Below are positions 10,901-25,017 of a DNA stretch of 64,000 nucleotides, one piece after another. This DNA comes from Tubulanus polymorphus (Eukaryota; Animalia; Nemertea). The position numbers were made by a program, and so were the translations under genes. How positions within the stretch are numbered: the first letter of the stretch is position 1; each line of letters begins with the position of its first letter. Below the pieces are notes generated by a model. It saw only the letters and a program-made list of their open reading frames with translations, was not told where the DNA came from and did no database searches. The stretch is taken from the NCBI RefSeq assembly GCF_964204645.1, contig NC_134031.1, forward strand, positions 1,116,001-1,180,000. Reading direction: 5' to 3'.

Positions 10901-13900
10901 AGAGTCAATGTTTCGCATGCATTCGGCCAAACAAATATTATTCAACACCGCTTCAAAAAACGCTTTTATTGTAACTTAGATCCATCAAACTTAAAATAAT
11001 GATCGCATAAAATCGCTCTTTCTAATTTTTTCGTTTGTTTGCGACTGTTTTTACGGAGCACGAATTGTTATTTTTAGGGGGCAGTATTTCGTGTATGAAG
11101 ATAATTCCGATACGCCGAAAGTGGAAGATCGCATGTGGAAAAGTCAAGATTTCAACTACGATCACGTTGGTTTAGCTTTGCTTACGTTATTCACTGTAAC
11201 GACAGGAGAAGGTTGGCCACAGTAAGTACATGTGTGACACTGGAGTTATCAAGACTGCGTTTGTCACCGAGCAGATTTCCCCTGGATTATCATGTACGTG
11301 CCCCTGACTCTGCTTGCCATAGAGACAACTGTCTCTGATTATCACGTGCCCCTGACTCTGCTTGCCATAGAGACAACTGTCTCTGATTATCACGTGCCCC
11401 TGACTCTACTTGCCATAGAGACAACTGTCTCTGATTATCACGTACCCCTGACTCTTCTTGCCATAGAGACAACTGTCTCTGATTATCACGTACCCCTGAC
11501 TCTGCTTGCCATAGAGACAACTGTCTCTGATTATCACGTGCCCCTGACTCTGCTTGCCATAGAGACAACTGTCTCTGATTATCATGTACCCCTGACTCTG
11601 CTTGCCGTAGAGACAACTGTCTCTGATTATCACGTGCCCCTGACTCTACTTGCCATAGAGACAACTGTCTCTGATTATTACGTACCCCTGACTCTTCTTG
11701 CCATAGAGACAACTGTCTCTGATTATCACGTACCCCTGACTCTGCTTGCCATAGAGACAACTGTCTCTGATTATCACGTGCCCCTGACTCTGCTTGCCAT
11801 AGAGACAACTGTCTCTGATTATCACGTACCCCTGACTCTGCTTGCCGTAGAGACAACTGTCTCTGATAATCACGTACCCCTGACTCTGCTTGCCATAGAG
11901 ACAACTGTCTCTGATTATCACGTACCCCTGACTCTGCTTGCCATAGAGACAACTGTCTCTGATAATCACGTGCCCCTGACTCTGCTTGCCATAGAGACAA
12001 CTGTCTCTGATTATCACGTAACCCTGACTCTGCTTGCCATAGAGACAACTGTCTCTGATTATCATGTACCCCTGACTCTGCTTGCCGTAGAGACAACTGT
12101 CTCTGATAATCACGTACCCCTGACTCTGCTTGCCATAGAGACAACTGTCTCTGATTATTACGTACCCCTGACTCTGCTTGCCACAGGGCTGAATTGCCTT
12201 GGATTATCACATGCCCTACATGACAAAATGTTAGAAATTGAATGTTAAGAATTCTCCCCCTATCCGTCGTCGCTCTGATTGCTCCAGATTTCACTCGTCT
12301 GGAAGAACATTCGTTAGTCCCAAGCGGAGTCTACTATATCTATGGATATGTCATCATGTGTTTGTATGATTATAGGGTTCTACAGCATTCGATGGATGCC
12401 ACTGAGAAGGATCAAGGACCGTCGCCCGGAGCTGCTATGCAGATGGCTATTTTCTATATCGTGTTTTTCATCGTGTTTCCGTTTTTCTTTGTGAATATAT
12501 TCGTTGCGTTGATCATCATCACATTCCAAGAACAAGGAGAAAATGAACTGATCGATCAGGACTTGGATAAAAATCAGGTTTGAAAGGAAACTTGCTTCTC
12601 GAAATCAAACGGCAGCTTGTCTCGGAATCAGAGTTAGCGCTGACAACTCATCTCAAGCTCACAACCCACGTCTGCCAATTTAACTGATGATCTTATTTTC
12701 TTTTAATCATTTTTCAGAAACAATGTATCGATTTTGCGATAAACGCGCGACCACTTTGTCGATATATGCCTAAAAACAAAGATTCGTTGAAATATCGAAT
12801 CTGGCGTCTGGTTGTATCAGCTCCGTTTGAGTATTTCATCATGACTATGATCGCTCTCAATACACTTATACTTATGATGAAGGTAAGTTTTAACCATTTA
12901 TTTGGTTCTCGAAGAAAAGATTGGATTTCAAATCTAGGGCCAAAAATTCCCGGACCCAGTTCCACGATTATTGGTAAGTTTGAATACAGTTCATTTCTTA
13001 TGTAGCTCTGTTGAACTGGGTCCGGTCTTGTAGTTATGGGTAACAGAAACAATTGAACCTGTTTTCGTGAATGTTCGACTGTAATACGCTACAGAGCCCG
13101 GTTTTATGAAAAAGTTTGAACTTACAACGATCGAGTTTGAAATGTTGAAAAACTGAAGTTACCAATGGCAATTTGACAAAAATAAAATTTAGTTACAATT
13201 TTTCATGAAACTGGATCCTGAACTAGGAACAGTCTATATAGTTCAATAGCTTCAGTACTGATTCTGTATATCACAGGATAGTTTTGTGAAATTAACAAAT
13301 TGTCTCTTTCAGTGCTTATAAAGTGTATATTTGTGTAAAATGACCATCAGTGCAGACGAAACCTGAGTTATAGTGAGCTAGATTATATTCAGGGTTCTTC
13401 AACCACTAATTTAGTTGTTAATTAATATAGCGGTCAAATTTGTATCACATAATTGATGAAATTCATGTCCGATTCGAGTATACAGGGCCTTGTTTCATAG
13501 AGGGTATCAAAGTGACCTGTAGGTGTAAATCCTCAATCTGGCCTTGGTTTCAAAGACTGGGTATCAAAGTTTCCCCTTGGGATAAATCTTCAACCCAGGC
13601 CAGAGAAACCATGGTAATACTGGAGAAATTTCAAAACGTTCCCAGGGATTATTTTACCTTCATATCTGTGAAACTCGGCTCTGGTTGTTACTATTATGTG
13701 GTGCATATTTGTCAAATTCGACAGTTTTAAAATGATTATATAGCGACCATGATCTCATGTTATTGTCATAATTTTGAAGCTAGTTGAACCGAAAGTTTCC
13801 GATCAAAAGTTGTAAGTTCAGAAAGATCATTCTACTGAAGAAAGCTCATGGTCGCTACATGTGATTTGACTTAACATTTTTATAATTTGATGAATTAACG

Positions 13901-16900
13901 ATGATTAAATGATTAATTTCAATGAGTTGATTATGAAATCTGATGACGAGGAGCACGGAATTATTTCAACAGCTTACAAAGCAATTTTACACTTTCCTAA
14001 AAAGAGCAAGTCCATGAACACGCAGATAGGTAGTACACAGAATGTTAACACAATTTTATCAGAAAAAATTATGAGCTTTTGCTACTATTGCATATAATAG
14101 CCTTATTTCTTCATGAACTATACTCATTTATTGATGAAGCTCGTGATTTCTAACCTATAAAGTACTACCAGCCTTCATGTTTATCAATTTGACACCAGGT
14201 GAACACAGCTCGCCTACAACTACTCAAAAACAGCAAAACATCGCAATACATTCAGTCAATCTTCTGAATTCTGCTGTTTGCTTGTAAGCTGTTGATCTAT
14301 TATTCCATCACTGCCTTAAATCAACCCTGTACACGATAGATTCGTCCTCATTAATTGTTGGGTAGTTTAAAGTTTAAAGCCCCCCGGCACCTGGAGCTTC
14401 TGGTTTACCCCTCTCACTAAGTGATATGCGTCCTGCCTTCTCTGATGAAACCGTGTGTCTGTATTTCAATAGCAAACGTCTGTATACGACTACCACCAGT
14501 TCTTACAATTTCATCGGCGATGAAAAAATCGGCAAATTTTGCTGTTAAATTATGGCCAAAATTAAACGAATCATTCAGAAAACTTTTTAAAGTTGATTGA
14601 ATGCTATATTGGGTAGTCGTGCGATCAGCGATGCACAATCTTTCTGGGAAACATTGTTCATCGCTCGAGGCTATTGTGAATGTGAGTGCTTTTTTGCCTT
14701 TTAATGTCGTAATGCCTTGGAGTTTACGTATATGTATTCAGTATATTATGTATGTATTGTTTGTTAAATCAATGATGTAAATTTGATGATATACATCTCC
14801 AAATGATGTATGTTTGATGATATACATCCCAAAATGATGTATTTTTGATGATACACATCCCAAAATGATGTATGTTTGATGATATACATCCCAAAATGAT
14901 GTATGTTTGATGATATGCATCCCAAAGTGATGTATTTTCAATGACTTACATCACAAAATGATGTATGTTTGATTATATGCATCCCAAAGTGATGTATTTT
15001 CAATGACTTACATCACAAAATGATGTATGTTAGATGACTTACATCCCTTACTTTTGAAAAATACATGGACCGTAATCAGAAGCATGTGTAACAGTTATCA
15101 TTTAATTTGCATTTAATTTCTATATGTGATTAAATCTATGAATCTACTTTGGTTTTAAAAACAAAATCTATCTGGCACTTATTTCTTGTCTCCTGCCATA
15201 TTACATCAGTGAAATACTGGTTGCATAGCTGTGTGGTTGGGAATAGTTGAATATTTGAAATGAAACTAATTCAAATATGAAGAACTCGAGATTGTAACTA
15301 CCTGGTCCCTGAAGCATTTTATTTCGATATTATCGACGGAGACAAGAAATTCTTCTTATGCATGAAACTATGTGTTATTTAGTTTTCAAAGTGAAACAAA
15401 TTTTGACCAATTCAATTACTGCGTTGAGATCTAGAATCAGTTTCTATAAAAATGCTGTGGGTATCACGTGTACTTTAAGCATTTGTAAAATTCACTTGAA
15501 TTGGTGTATGTATCTATTATGTTGTTTTTGTGTTGAAGTTTGGATTCTGAGTTAAGCGGTTTTAAAGCGAGGATTCGATTAGATAAGACAGTAAGGTCTA
15601 TATATAACGATTCATAATCCAAACTCGTAGATTTTTAAACCTTTGTCTTGTCCTGTTATTTTAAGTGTCTTTTTATTTGGTGGCGGCCAATATAAACATT
15701 GTTGGAAAGTGATTGATATTTCTATTAATGTCTGTTCTTATATCGATATATTTTACATGTATATATTCAATGTGTATATTTCATCACATCTCATTAACGG
15801 TATCGTCATCTCAGTACATGTTGACAAAGAACTGCAGTATTCATTGTTTGAAACATATAAAACTAATCCTAGACATTTGTTTAAAGCATATATATATATA
15901 TATATATCTGCTACAATCAACAGAGCTGAAGAGCTTGCCAGGTTTTTCTGCGCATATGTGCTTCAGGGCATGCACCGGGCCCTTGGGCAGGCACCAGGCT
16001 CTTGGGCATACTTCTTGATACTACTAGTATCTGAATTGTCGTCAAATGCAGTCAATAGTTCTCATTTAAAGTCATCATGTACTTGAGGAGTTGTGTACTA
16101 TCATAATCATTGACTCATCGTCTCAAGATCGTTGACATTTTCTCTCAATTTCCTAACAACATTTCATCATTTAACCGGATAGAAGCAGCTCTTGTAAAAT
16201 TCAGGAAGTTTTCTTCGAATTTTAATCACTCATTTTTAAGATTAATGTGAGTTTTATGTGAATTTCAAACTTACTGATCAGTGAAAAATCTCCTTTTTGT
16301 CTTTCTTTGCAAACCTTCCAAAGATTTCAAGAAAGTCCCCTTATTCTATTTCAGTGCTATGAAAATATGTTGCAATTTTAATGGGTTGAATTCACCTACA
16401 TATGATACTATACTTGCCTATATTTTAGTTACTCAGGGTAAAAATGTTTCAATTTCTTTCTACCACGATGTTAAGGACCACGGACCAAAGATTGATATCT
16501 AAGTAGCTCTAGTGAACAATCAGGGATGGGGGCGACCTTTACTTGTATCCCAATTCCACCCTCTTCTAAATCAAATCTCGAGCCATGAATTTCTGACGAT
16601 CAGTACGTTTGAAATTGTATATTCATGTATGATTGTGGTGGAGGGATTGTTACGTATTTACTGGTGATGGTTAAATGTTTTTATAAATGAGGTACAGTGC
16701 GAGTGGTGAGTGTTAGCGATGAGTGGATGCCCAGTACCGGTAGTGATAGGATATTTTGGCCCCACCTGTCTTCAATGTCCCCACTGTATGCGTTGCTCCC
16801 AACCAGTCAGTAGTCTATTTACCATTTCACGTTATGTAATGATTTTTTGAACTATGTTGTCACTCTATACATGTAAATTACTTGTTATTATTGTCTATTT

Positions 16901-19900
16901 TCAAACCTTTATAGTTCTATGGTTCGAGTATTCAATACAGAGAAGTGCTGAAAAACCTAAACACCGCATTCACCGTACTTTTTACGATTGAGTGTATATT
17001 GAAGCTTATGGCCTTTGGAATTAGGGTAAGCCTGCGTCCGTACGCAAACACGACAACACAAAACAGCGTCTAGAGGGTTAGACCTAGTGTGAACAGAACG
17101 TGGCAGATACTCGTGTAGACGCGCACAACAACTACAACTACAAAATGTTCTTCGTTTTAGAAAATTTGTCGTTTTCACTATTTGTAGTACACAACAACAA
17201 CTCCATCCATCGATGTGGTCCAATTCTCAAAGCATTTTCGTGGAAGAGCTTATAGTCACGCCACATGTAGCCGTGGGTACTGCTGTACATGGTGTCACGC
17301 CATGGTGCAGTGGGTACTGCCGTACATGGTGTCACACCATATTACAGTTGGTACTCTCATTCTGCTTAATGTGGTATGACTCTAAGATTATAAATCTGTT
17401 CTATGCATTGTTCACTATAAGGTCAACCGTTCGGCTCCAACTAACCTTCTATTTTGATTTCTACCTCCCGGGGTGCCTTGAGATTTAGCATGTGGTTTTG
17501 GTGGCTCCTCATGCCCTATTGCTTCTCCGTGGTTTAGGGTTTAGTCGGTTGTTGGTCTCTTTCCTCGGGTGCAGGGTTTTCTATATTTAGCACCACTAAC
17601 TATGTTATTATCAGTGTTTATTCGGTTATTTTTTTACAAATCAAATGAACTGACAGCTTCTGATTCTGTAGTCGGAAGTTTTCAGTTACGATGGCCGCGT
17701 GAATGATTAGAAATGATGAACTATTGTACATTTTGCTGATCTCTGAAACTTTCATAATGCCTGGAGTTTGTTTCACCATCGATTCTGTACACAGTTTATA
17801 TATAGATAACTTCTGGTCTTAAGTCACAACTGTGCAACTGGAGCCTTCAGTCTAAAATCGTGGTTCTGATACAGGCTCCAGGTTCAAAGTTTCCTTACAT
17901 GATAATGATTTATGCAGTAATTCTAAAACTGCTACCACTACTGCTGCTGCTGCTACCACTGCTGCTGCTGCATCTGCGAGAGTTCATCAATTTCAGTTCA
18001 TGCGGTCATCGTTTCAATCTCGCACAGATAAACGGTTAAAGCATCTTTATCATTATTTTTCTTTTCTTTCCGTCACATGCTTCAGCACCATCAAGACCCC
18101 GCTACTAAGGACCATGCAAAATTTGAACGATACACTTTGGCCTTAGCGTATTTGAATATTGCATTCACGATTATGTTTACGATCGAATGCACCCTGAAGC
18201 TCATTGCGTTTGGACTACGGGTATGACCAGACTATCGAAGCAACAATTTACAGATATATAAATATTCATATATTTATATATATTTTTTTATGCCTTCAAT
18301 TCGACGACAGTTTTGAAATGATCGACGCGGTTTCAAAGTTGGCGAGCGGCCATTTCAAAAATTAGTCTCGTAGAAGGCATGAATTTGATGAAGCATACTA
18401 GATCACGTGTGACAATTGAAAGTTGTCTGTTATTGAAATCTTGCGTTTCAACATTCTGTTTGTCTCGTCGTCTCAATATCTCGGCTTTTTGATCTGAAGA
18501 ACGTGTGACATTTTACTGAATCGCTGCTGGACACAATTTATACACAATTCACTGATGATGAATTATCAGCATACCTTTTGATATTATTGTACTGTGAAAA
18601 GTGCTTTTGAAATGGCAGTGATACAGTCAAACTTGCACAAGTCATCATGAGATAAGTCGTCCTGAATAACTGAACTCATCTTAGTTTGAGTCCTAAGCCC
18701 CACCCCTTCCAATTCAATTTACTACTAAGTGTAATCAGTACGATGATCGTCCCAACTTCCACGACTTAAGCAGCGAGTTTGACTTAATTACTGGAAAAGT
18801 ACTGTGTCATATCTTATTGAATGCGTTTTCACATCATTTCATCGATATTAGAATGTTCTTCGCTGTCCACTAATTCCTACGTAATACCCGCCGCGACAAT
18901 TCTTCAATTTGAATGATGTTCTGAGTTCTTGGTCAAATTGCCGTCGTATACAGAAATTCTTACAATCTACTGCATGCTCAATGAGGAGTGTGATATCATA
19001 TAATAATCAAAACTATCTCCCGGAAATATCACTGTTAGCAATATCATTACACTCTTCTCTACTTCGTCTTTGTGAATGTTCTCTCTTTCTCTCTTCCAAT
19101 TCATTCAGTTCCATTTCTCGGCATGTAGTATATGCTCTTCCTGCGAAGATGGCCGCCTCGTTACTTCTCCCTATTACATCATCGTGATTAATATCTGGTT
19201 TTGATTGTGATGTCATATACAGAGGCAGCCTTCGTTTCTAGAAGGGTTTATAGTTTGTATTATGTATATATTACTAACTGCTATGAAAACCTTCAGACTT
19301 TGAAATAATGGAATGGAATTGTTAATTCTGCTAAGCTTTGGATAATGAAAGGAAATTCGATTGATTACTAGTTTCCTCAGCATGTGTCTCTTACATAGCC
19401 AGTAAAAAAACTCATAAGGAATATATCATAACCTGCTTTAGTATATGGCTGTCTGATTTTTGCATGTTTTAATTCTGGATTCTTGCTGTGGTCCATCGAA
19501 AAGTTCTAGTGGAAATCATTGTGGGCTCCATGAATATCTAAATCCCGCACGGACACAATTTCCACCGGGAACATAACTCTATCTGCATGCTAAGCCTTCT
19601 ACTACTAATATCGTATTATTTTCCTGTTAGGAATCCATTTCAAAATGGTTCAGGGTTATATCAGATTGAAATAAACACATTTTGAGCTCAAAAATATGCA
19701 TTATTCATCAGGCATTCAAATTAGAAAATAAAAACAAATGAAATATTTTTTTCTTTATTATATATTTATGCCTTCTGTTCCATTCTAATGTGTATATTGA
19801 TATGTTTGCGCAAACTTTGATTCATTTCCAACTGTTTGTTCTATATTTACTGGTGAAGGGTATTTCATATATCATACATATATCTTTCTTATTGTAGTTA

Positions 19901-22900
19901 TTACAAAGGTCTTTAACCATTTTTTCTGACCTTTGCCTTTTTTGACCACAATAATATCCCAACGTTCAAGGTCGATTTGTAATCCATAAACTGACAAACA
20001 AACAGAATGTTGTCCACTGATGTCCAACGTAATAGATTTGTCCATACCTTAACAAAAAAAACGTATGGAAAAGCAGCTTTTGGACGCCCATGTAAGCTTG
20101 TACATTGCATGTGTGATTAAAGTATACAATTTCATCAATAAACATGAAAAGCAACCCTTCAGTCCACATTTCGGTAAAAGTGATGGAACTAATAATAGCT
20201 TTCTACCATTTTGAAATGATCCTTCTCCGAGCACGCTTTTAAATGTGAAGTTGTTATTAAAACACGTTTGAATAACGGCATCGATCTGATCTTTTCGGTC
20301 ATAACATTTCCAATTGTTTGACTCAAAAGATCTCTATTAAACATAACTAAAAAGAATTCTAAAATCTCTTACGAAATTCTCTAAATAAATTCAGTATATC
20401 TTGAGTGAAAGGTGCATGTTCTAAGAGGCAAATAAGTATTTCCCGGGCATTTTCTTGATAAATAAAGAATCACTTGTAAAATGCTTGGTGATGTGTTGTA
20501 AGAGATTGGTATTTAGTATTGTTTGTAAAGAGTTTTATTATTATCTTCCATGTTTTATGTATTTCCTCCTCTATCTCCTCAACCTTCCCTGTCTGTTTTT
20601 GAAAATCACATCGTAATGTGCTGAACAATAATAGTACAATTTGCAAATTGAATGGCTTAGCAAAAATAAGTTAACGTCATAATAAAAGATGATAATTTCG
20701 ATGAATATGTAGAATTGTGAATCAAGCTTTTTCTGAAGTAATTGATGCTTATTCAAAGTTAAAACGAATCAAAAGCATGTGAACTACTGGATGTTTACCC
20801 ATCATGAACATTCAGACATCAAGAACCTTCAATGATAATGATATATTTTGTCATTATGTGGGAAAATCCAAAAATTCAAATCTGACGCAGTTCCTAACTT
20901 TATCTGGTATTTATAGATGACAATTCCTGTTAGATGCAAAGTCATTTGGTAGCAAAGTCATTTTCTATGAAAGAAATTTACGGGCTAATAATATCTTCGT
21001 CATGTTAGATATATGACCTTGCATCTATCCTTCCTTCTATTGGGTTCAATCCTGGATAAAAAAGTTGTTTTTTTTTCGAATAAGGTCTTTTCGATATTCT
21101 TTTTGTCTAAATGTTTGTGATGTGTCGACTACCAGTGTAAAAGCATGAAATTGATTACTGAGTAAATTTGCCGCTAATAATCGTCGATTCTGATCGGTGT
21201 CGTTCGGTGTACGTCGTAACTCACAGATGTTTTGTTCGTTTTTTTTCTTCTAGAACTATTTCAGAGATCCGTGGAACATCTTCGATTTCATCACGGTTAT
21301 CGGCAGTATAACGGATGTACTCGTCACCGAACTTCAGGTTAGTCAAAATATGCAGATACGGCTGCTTTACTACTCGACAAATTATTGTGTGTTCCGTTGA
21401 CAAAAAAGCGATCACCAATCGTGACAATTTATTTGTAACGAATGCTTTCTATTTCAGGTGGGATATCTAATAAATGATTTAAAATTATTCGTAGTAATGA
21501 TTAAATATGACTAAAATCTGAATATCAGAAAGTTGTTTCTACTAGAAAAATATTTGGAATTTTAAAAAAAAAACCAATAAGTAAAATAACGTTTTGGAAT
21601 AATTTCATAGAAATAAGTATAATTAATATTTTATTGATCATATTTTTAAAATTTTTACTTTTTTATACATCCTTTTATAAAATGCTTTTGATTATTATTA
21701 GACTTTTTCTCTCATCTTTTGAGAAATAATCATTATTTGATTATTTGGAATATTTTTGGGGCTCGAGGTTTAAAATTCAGTAATTTTTCAGATTCGCGAT
21801 TTTTGCCATTTGCCATGGCTATACTGCTGTTATGGCTTCATATTTGATACAAATTTCACTCATCACCGCTTGATAATATCTACATATATATATTTATATA
21901 TTTACATCAGGGTATCATCTTATTATGCAATAGTTTAAAATCGGAAAAAAAGTTCTGTCAATCTCAAAATGAATTTTTAGCTTAGAACTGAACATGATTT
22001 TTTCTAGCTTTTGAAATTGTTTACCTTTTATTCTATTTTCTATCTACAGACAAACAATTTAGTATGACTGCTGTTTATTTAATTCATCCTTCACGATTCA
22101 TAGAGAAAAATAACAGTAAACTCCTTCCATGTTTTAGTTGAAGTTCAAATGAACATTCCATTGCAATAAAGATTGAATTGAATTGACCAGCTTGATTGAT
22201 TGGCACAAAGTGGGCGGAGTCTACGTAAAATAGCTTCCACAGAAAGCGATTAAACAATTATAACAATTAGAATATTTCAATAAGATAAATTAGTCAACCA
22301 CGAACCACTTAAATTAAGTAGTTTAATAAAATCTGTGACTAATACTTTTCAAGTACCCAGTTCCACAGTTATGAGTTAATATTTGATTCAGAGTTGGCTC
22401 ATTGAAAGTGATCCAATTACGGTTAACTCAGTAACTGGAACTGGATGCAATATAATTGACTACAGAAATCACTATCACTTAGAATATGCATGCATTAGGC
22501 GAATGATAACACTTTAAAAAACAGTCGAGCTTCCTTAGCTGTATCCAATCAGTGTGTATCTTTAAATCATGAGTCGAAGGAGAAACTTTTCTGGAAACTT
22601 TTGGTGTTTTTATACTGAAGTGTGTGACGGGTGTGAGAGCGTGGAGTTATACAGCTGTTTGATCTAAATATACTATAACAAAAAGACTAATTTTATTTGT
22701 TGATGAATTTGTAACATGTGTTCATACAATGTATTATTATTATTATTATTATTATAATGCGTACTATTTGAATAAGAAACAACTAATACCAGCTTCGATG
22801 TTGTAATAAGCACCTTGATTTCAGTGAATACCTCAGACTGATCATCGAATACTTATTATTTCCGAACTGATTTTTGAAAATTCCCGTGAAATTGTCTTTT

Positions 22901-24975
22901 CGCACTACAACACTCAGCATGGCACCGAAAAATATAATCATAGCAAACATGAAATAAATTATTATATAGTTTCACATTAGAAAAGTATCAGGATTTGACG
23001 ATTAATATTTAGATAATAGTTACGAACACCATTGAAATCTGTATGTCTATCTATAGCATGCATTACTACAAATTCCTGCATGGTTTTTTTCCAAAATAAA
23101 AGCCCAAAACTCATTCGATAAACAGAACATTTTTCAAACCCATTAAACTTTACAGTTGGGCCTGAAAATTATTAACGAACTAAAAACATTTTGTGTCTGT
23201 GTATACAAAAAAGTTGATGAAATTTTTTTTTCGAATAAAGAACAACTATTTAAATCATTCATAATTGGCTAAATGGGTTTGACTTGTAACAGTGTTATAT
23301 ATAATCGGCTCTTCTAAAAGATATCTAGTCATATCTGTTCCTAGCTTAAACAATCTATAACCAATCAGCTAAGCGTATATCGTGGTTGTTAGAGGTAGTT
23401 ATAACTACTTTATAAACATTTTATAAATTCTGTCCGAAATGATTTTTGTAGCGCTAAAAACAATATGAATGCAGTGTGGTGTTTGTCATACGCACCCCAC
23501 AAACCTTCGTACTCGCTTCACCTACTCGCACTAGATTTACTGTTAAAATGTGTTTCAATATTTAAACCATGAAATCATCACCGATCATTTAAAACCCTTT
23601 CAGTGCTCACTCCCAATTCATACTGTAAAGTGCTGGATATAATGTGAAAGTTTTGGAAAATTCCAACCCAGTGTGTTGTATAACATATATACCACTGAAG
23701 TGCGTCTACTCCCCAGTGCGGTGTATCATTATTTACTATTATCTACAATGTTTGACACATCTTTCACTAGAGATTTTAACATATTGATAATTACATGGAT
23801 ACATCGCACCACGGGGTACATGCATTGTAAGATGGATGGATTATACACCGCATTGCGAGGTACATGCACTGAAAGGGTTGTACATACAGTATTTGAGTAA
23901 GTAATTTGATCCTCTATTGAATATTATCAAGACTTCATTACTGTTTTTCTCGAATTATCTGATAATTTTTCTAATGATTGAATGATATTACTGGGTATAA
24001 ATAGTGAAACACGTGTAAACTGACTGGTCACATGCCCTGTGCAGCAACATAAGAAAAAACATTCCCATATTGAATAACCAAGGAATCGCCACCTATTTTG
24101 TGTACTAGCAGAACTAGAATCAAAACCTAATGTGGTCTCAATTGGGATAGGTTTCATGTTGCTGGACGGACTAGGAAGATGGGAAACCTTTCTGGGTTGG
24201 CTGACTAGTTCTAATCTAAATGTTGCTTTGTCAATGTGCTATGCTTTCTCCTTTGATTAGTTATCGTTTCTATAAGCATGCATCTTAGCATGATTTACAA
24301 AAGAGAAAATACTACTGCTTCAAACAGCTACCAGGGACTAACGCCTATCATTGAAACGATCGTACAACTAGAGCAGAGTCAACCTTGTAGCTGTCGGGCA
24401 AAGTTTTGGTTGTAGAGAATAGCTCTATTTCAGTTTTTATCATTACGAAGGTAAAAAAGTAAAAAAAATACTTCACTCCGGCGGAGATGACAAAAAATAT
24501 AACGAAATAAACCAGTTTTGTTATGAAGTATACACTTCAACTGTCCAGGCGAATGCGTGTAAATCTCGTAATTGATGTGGTTGCTATGTAGCAATTCCTC
24601 GGTGACAGAAATTTCTGTTTGATTTTTCGGCATTACATTAATGTAGAATGGATTTTGATGAGCTCTTCATAATTATCGCTGCACGCTCTGGTGGAGGGGC
24701 TTATGGCCTTGCACAAAATGTATATACATTGTCATCTATATCTGTATCTATATACATACATAACATTATATTCTATTTGTATATCATGTACTAAAACTGG
24801 GTGACTCAATCGCTGTTTGCATGTTTCTGTTTAGTTATAACTTCAGACATCTTTAGAAAGAAATTGAAGTAATCAAGAAATTCTTCTCTGCTTTCTATTT
24901 GATGTGTATTTAGAATAAAATGATACGTGGCTGTTCTATTACAAATCTTGCCCCTCCTCTTTCTCTCTCTCTCTG

Positions 24976-25017
<42 letters not shown>

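Noticed and set aside
11290-12294. 318-334 aa ORFs on both strands; CRISPR-like palindromic repeats
   Set aside because: By-product of a 48-bp (multiple of 3) intronic minisatellite; no unique spacers, eukaryotic context
19900-20260. Possible decayed LINE reverse-transcriptase fragment on the minus strand (WTEGLLF)
   Set aside because: Only one short motif-like match, frames broken; cannot be supported without a search
21452-21463. TTTCAG|GTGGGA recursive splice site or exon
   Set aside because: Only about 120 nt from the upstream donor, weak donor, and the frame reaches a stop
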